DNA from: an uncultured Pedosphaera sp. | GTDB lineage: Bacteria > Verrucomicrobiota > Verrucomicrobiia > Limisphaerales > AAA164-E04 | DNA length: 64,000 bases | NCBI GenBank assembly: GCA_965214825.1 | Contig: OZ243981.1 | Location: 103,964-167,963, forward strand | Direction: 5' to 3' | Shown here: in pieces, positions 63,037-64,000 of the stretch | How the letters are laid out: the number at the start of each line of letters is the position of its first letter | Position numbering within the stretch: position 1 is the stretch's first letter | Program-made: the position numbers and the translations under genes | The notes under the pieces: generated by a model | Told to the model about the DNA's origin: nothing | Database searches by the model: none | Seen by the model: the letters and a program-made list of their open reading frames with translations, nothing else

Positions 63037-64000
63037 ATGGCGAGCGAGAGCGGCGCAGTTTATTTGGTGGGAGCGGGGCCGGGGGACACCGGGCTGCTGA
63101 CGATGCGGGGCGGCGAGCTGCTGGAGCGGGCGGAGGTCGTGGTCTATGACGCACTGGTGAATCCCGACTTGCTGCGATTGGCTCCGAAGGATGCCGAACG
63201 CATTTACGCGGGCAAACGAGCCAACGCGCACGCGATGCCGCAGGCGGAACTGAACCAACTGTTGGCGGAAAAGGCGCGCCAAGGCCGCACAGTTGTCCGG
63301 CTCAAGGGCGGAGACCCTTACATTTTCGGACGGGGCGGCGAAGAAGCTGAAGCACTGCGCCTGGCGGGAACGCGCTTTGAAGTGGTGCCTGGCATCCCCT
63401 CTATCATCGCCGCTGCCAACTACGCCGGCATCCCCATCACGCATCGGGACTTCTGTTCTGGCTTCGCCGTCATCACTGGCCACGAAGACCCGACAAAGCC
63501 GTCTTCGGGAATTGACTGGGAACACTTCGCCAAAATGCCCGGAACAAAAATCATCCTGATGGGCGCAGAACGCATCAGCTTGATTGGAGAGAAGCTCGCT
63601 GCCTGTGGGATGGCGCCGGGGACTCCGGTCGGCATGGTTCGCTGGGGAACGACCGGGCGGCAAGAAGTACTCACCGGAACGCTGGAAGACATCGCCGGCA
63701 AAGTGGCCCGGGCGGGTTTCAAAGCCCCGGCCGTGACGGTGATTGGCGGAGTGGTCGGTTTGCGCCAGAAGCTGAATTGGTTTGAAGAACGGCCGCTATT
63801 TGCCCGGCGGGTAGCAGTTACTCGCATTCGCGAGCAGGCAAGCCGGCTTTCTTCCCGGCTGCTGGAACTCGGCGCCGATGTTCTGGAAATCCCGACAATC
63901 AAAATCGGCCCCCCCAAGAGGAAAGAAATTCTAGTCGAAGCCATGGCGTCCCTGGGCGAATATGATTGGTTGGTCTTTACCAGTCCGAACGGCGTGGCGG
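63037..64000 (+). CDS. cobA: Uroporphyrinogen-III C-methyltransferase, probably fused to HemD (runs off window; not in the ORF track)
   Basis: Hand translation MASESGAVYLVGAGPGD..YDALV..VRLKGGDPYIFGRGGEE, then RVAVTR..VFTSPNGV typical of HemD. Confidence 0.92.
   Translation, partial: MASESGAVYLVGAGPGDTGLLTMRGGELLERAEVVVYDALVNPDLLRLAPKDAERIYAGKRANAHAMPQAELNQLLAEKARQGRTVVRLKGGDPYIFGRGGEEAEALRLAGTRFEVVPGIPSIIAAANYAGIPITHRDFCSGFAVITGHEDPTKPSSGIDWEHFAKMPGTKIILMGAERISLIGEKLAACGMAPGTPVGMVRWGTTGRQEVLTGTLEDIAGKVARAGFKAPAVTVIGGVVGLRQKLNWFEERPLFARRVAVTRIREQASRLSSRLLELGADVLEIPTIKIGPPKRKEILVEAMASLGEYDWLVFTSPNGVA

Overview
Bacterial chromosomal window, GC-rich by eye. Gene content and protein style suggest a Verrucomicrobiota/PVC organism; the load of LRR, Sel1 and pentapeptide repeat proteins hints at a host-associated lifestyle (both inferences). 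Core genes (ligA, mlaFED-type transporter, htpG, clpP/clpX, dnaA, aspS, gatB, mpl, efp, larBC, cobA/hemD) are intact and interspersed with accessory DNA: a type II restriction-modification pair, frameshifted genes, a six-module giant LRR protein and a family of short inverted-repeat elements. The standout is an AT-richer ~1.7 kb insert splitting mlaE from mlaF. It carries a 402-aa TnpB-family RuvC nuclease with an intact catalytic triad, then a 96-nt omegaRNA/tracrRNA-like stretch with anti-repeat complementarity, then a 3-repeat/2-spacer CRISPR mini-array. No tnpA or cas1/cas2 is present in the window. This is a candidate compact TnpB-to-Cas12 intermediate system. All calls come from reading motifs by eye; no database searches or folding programs were run.
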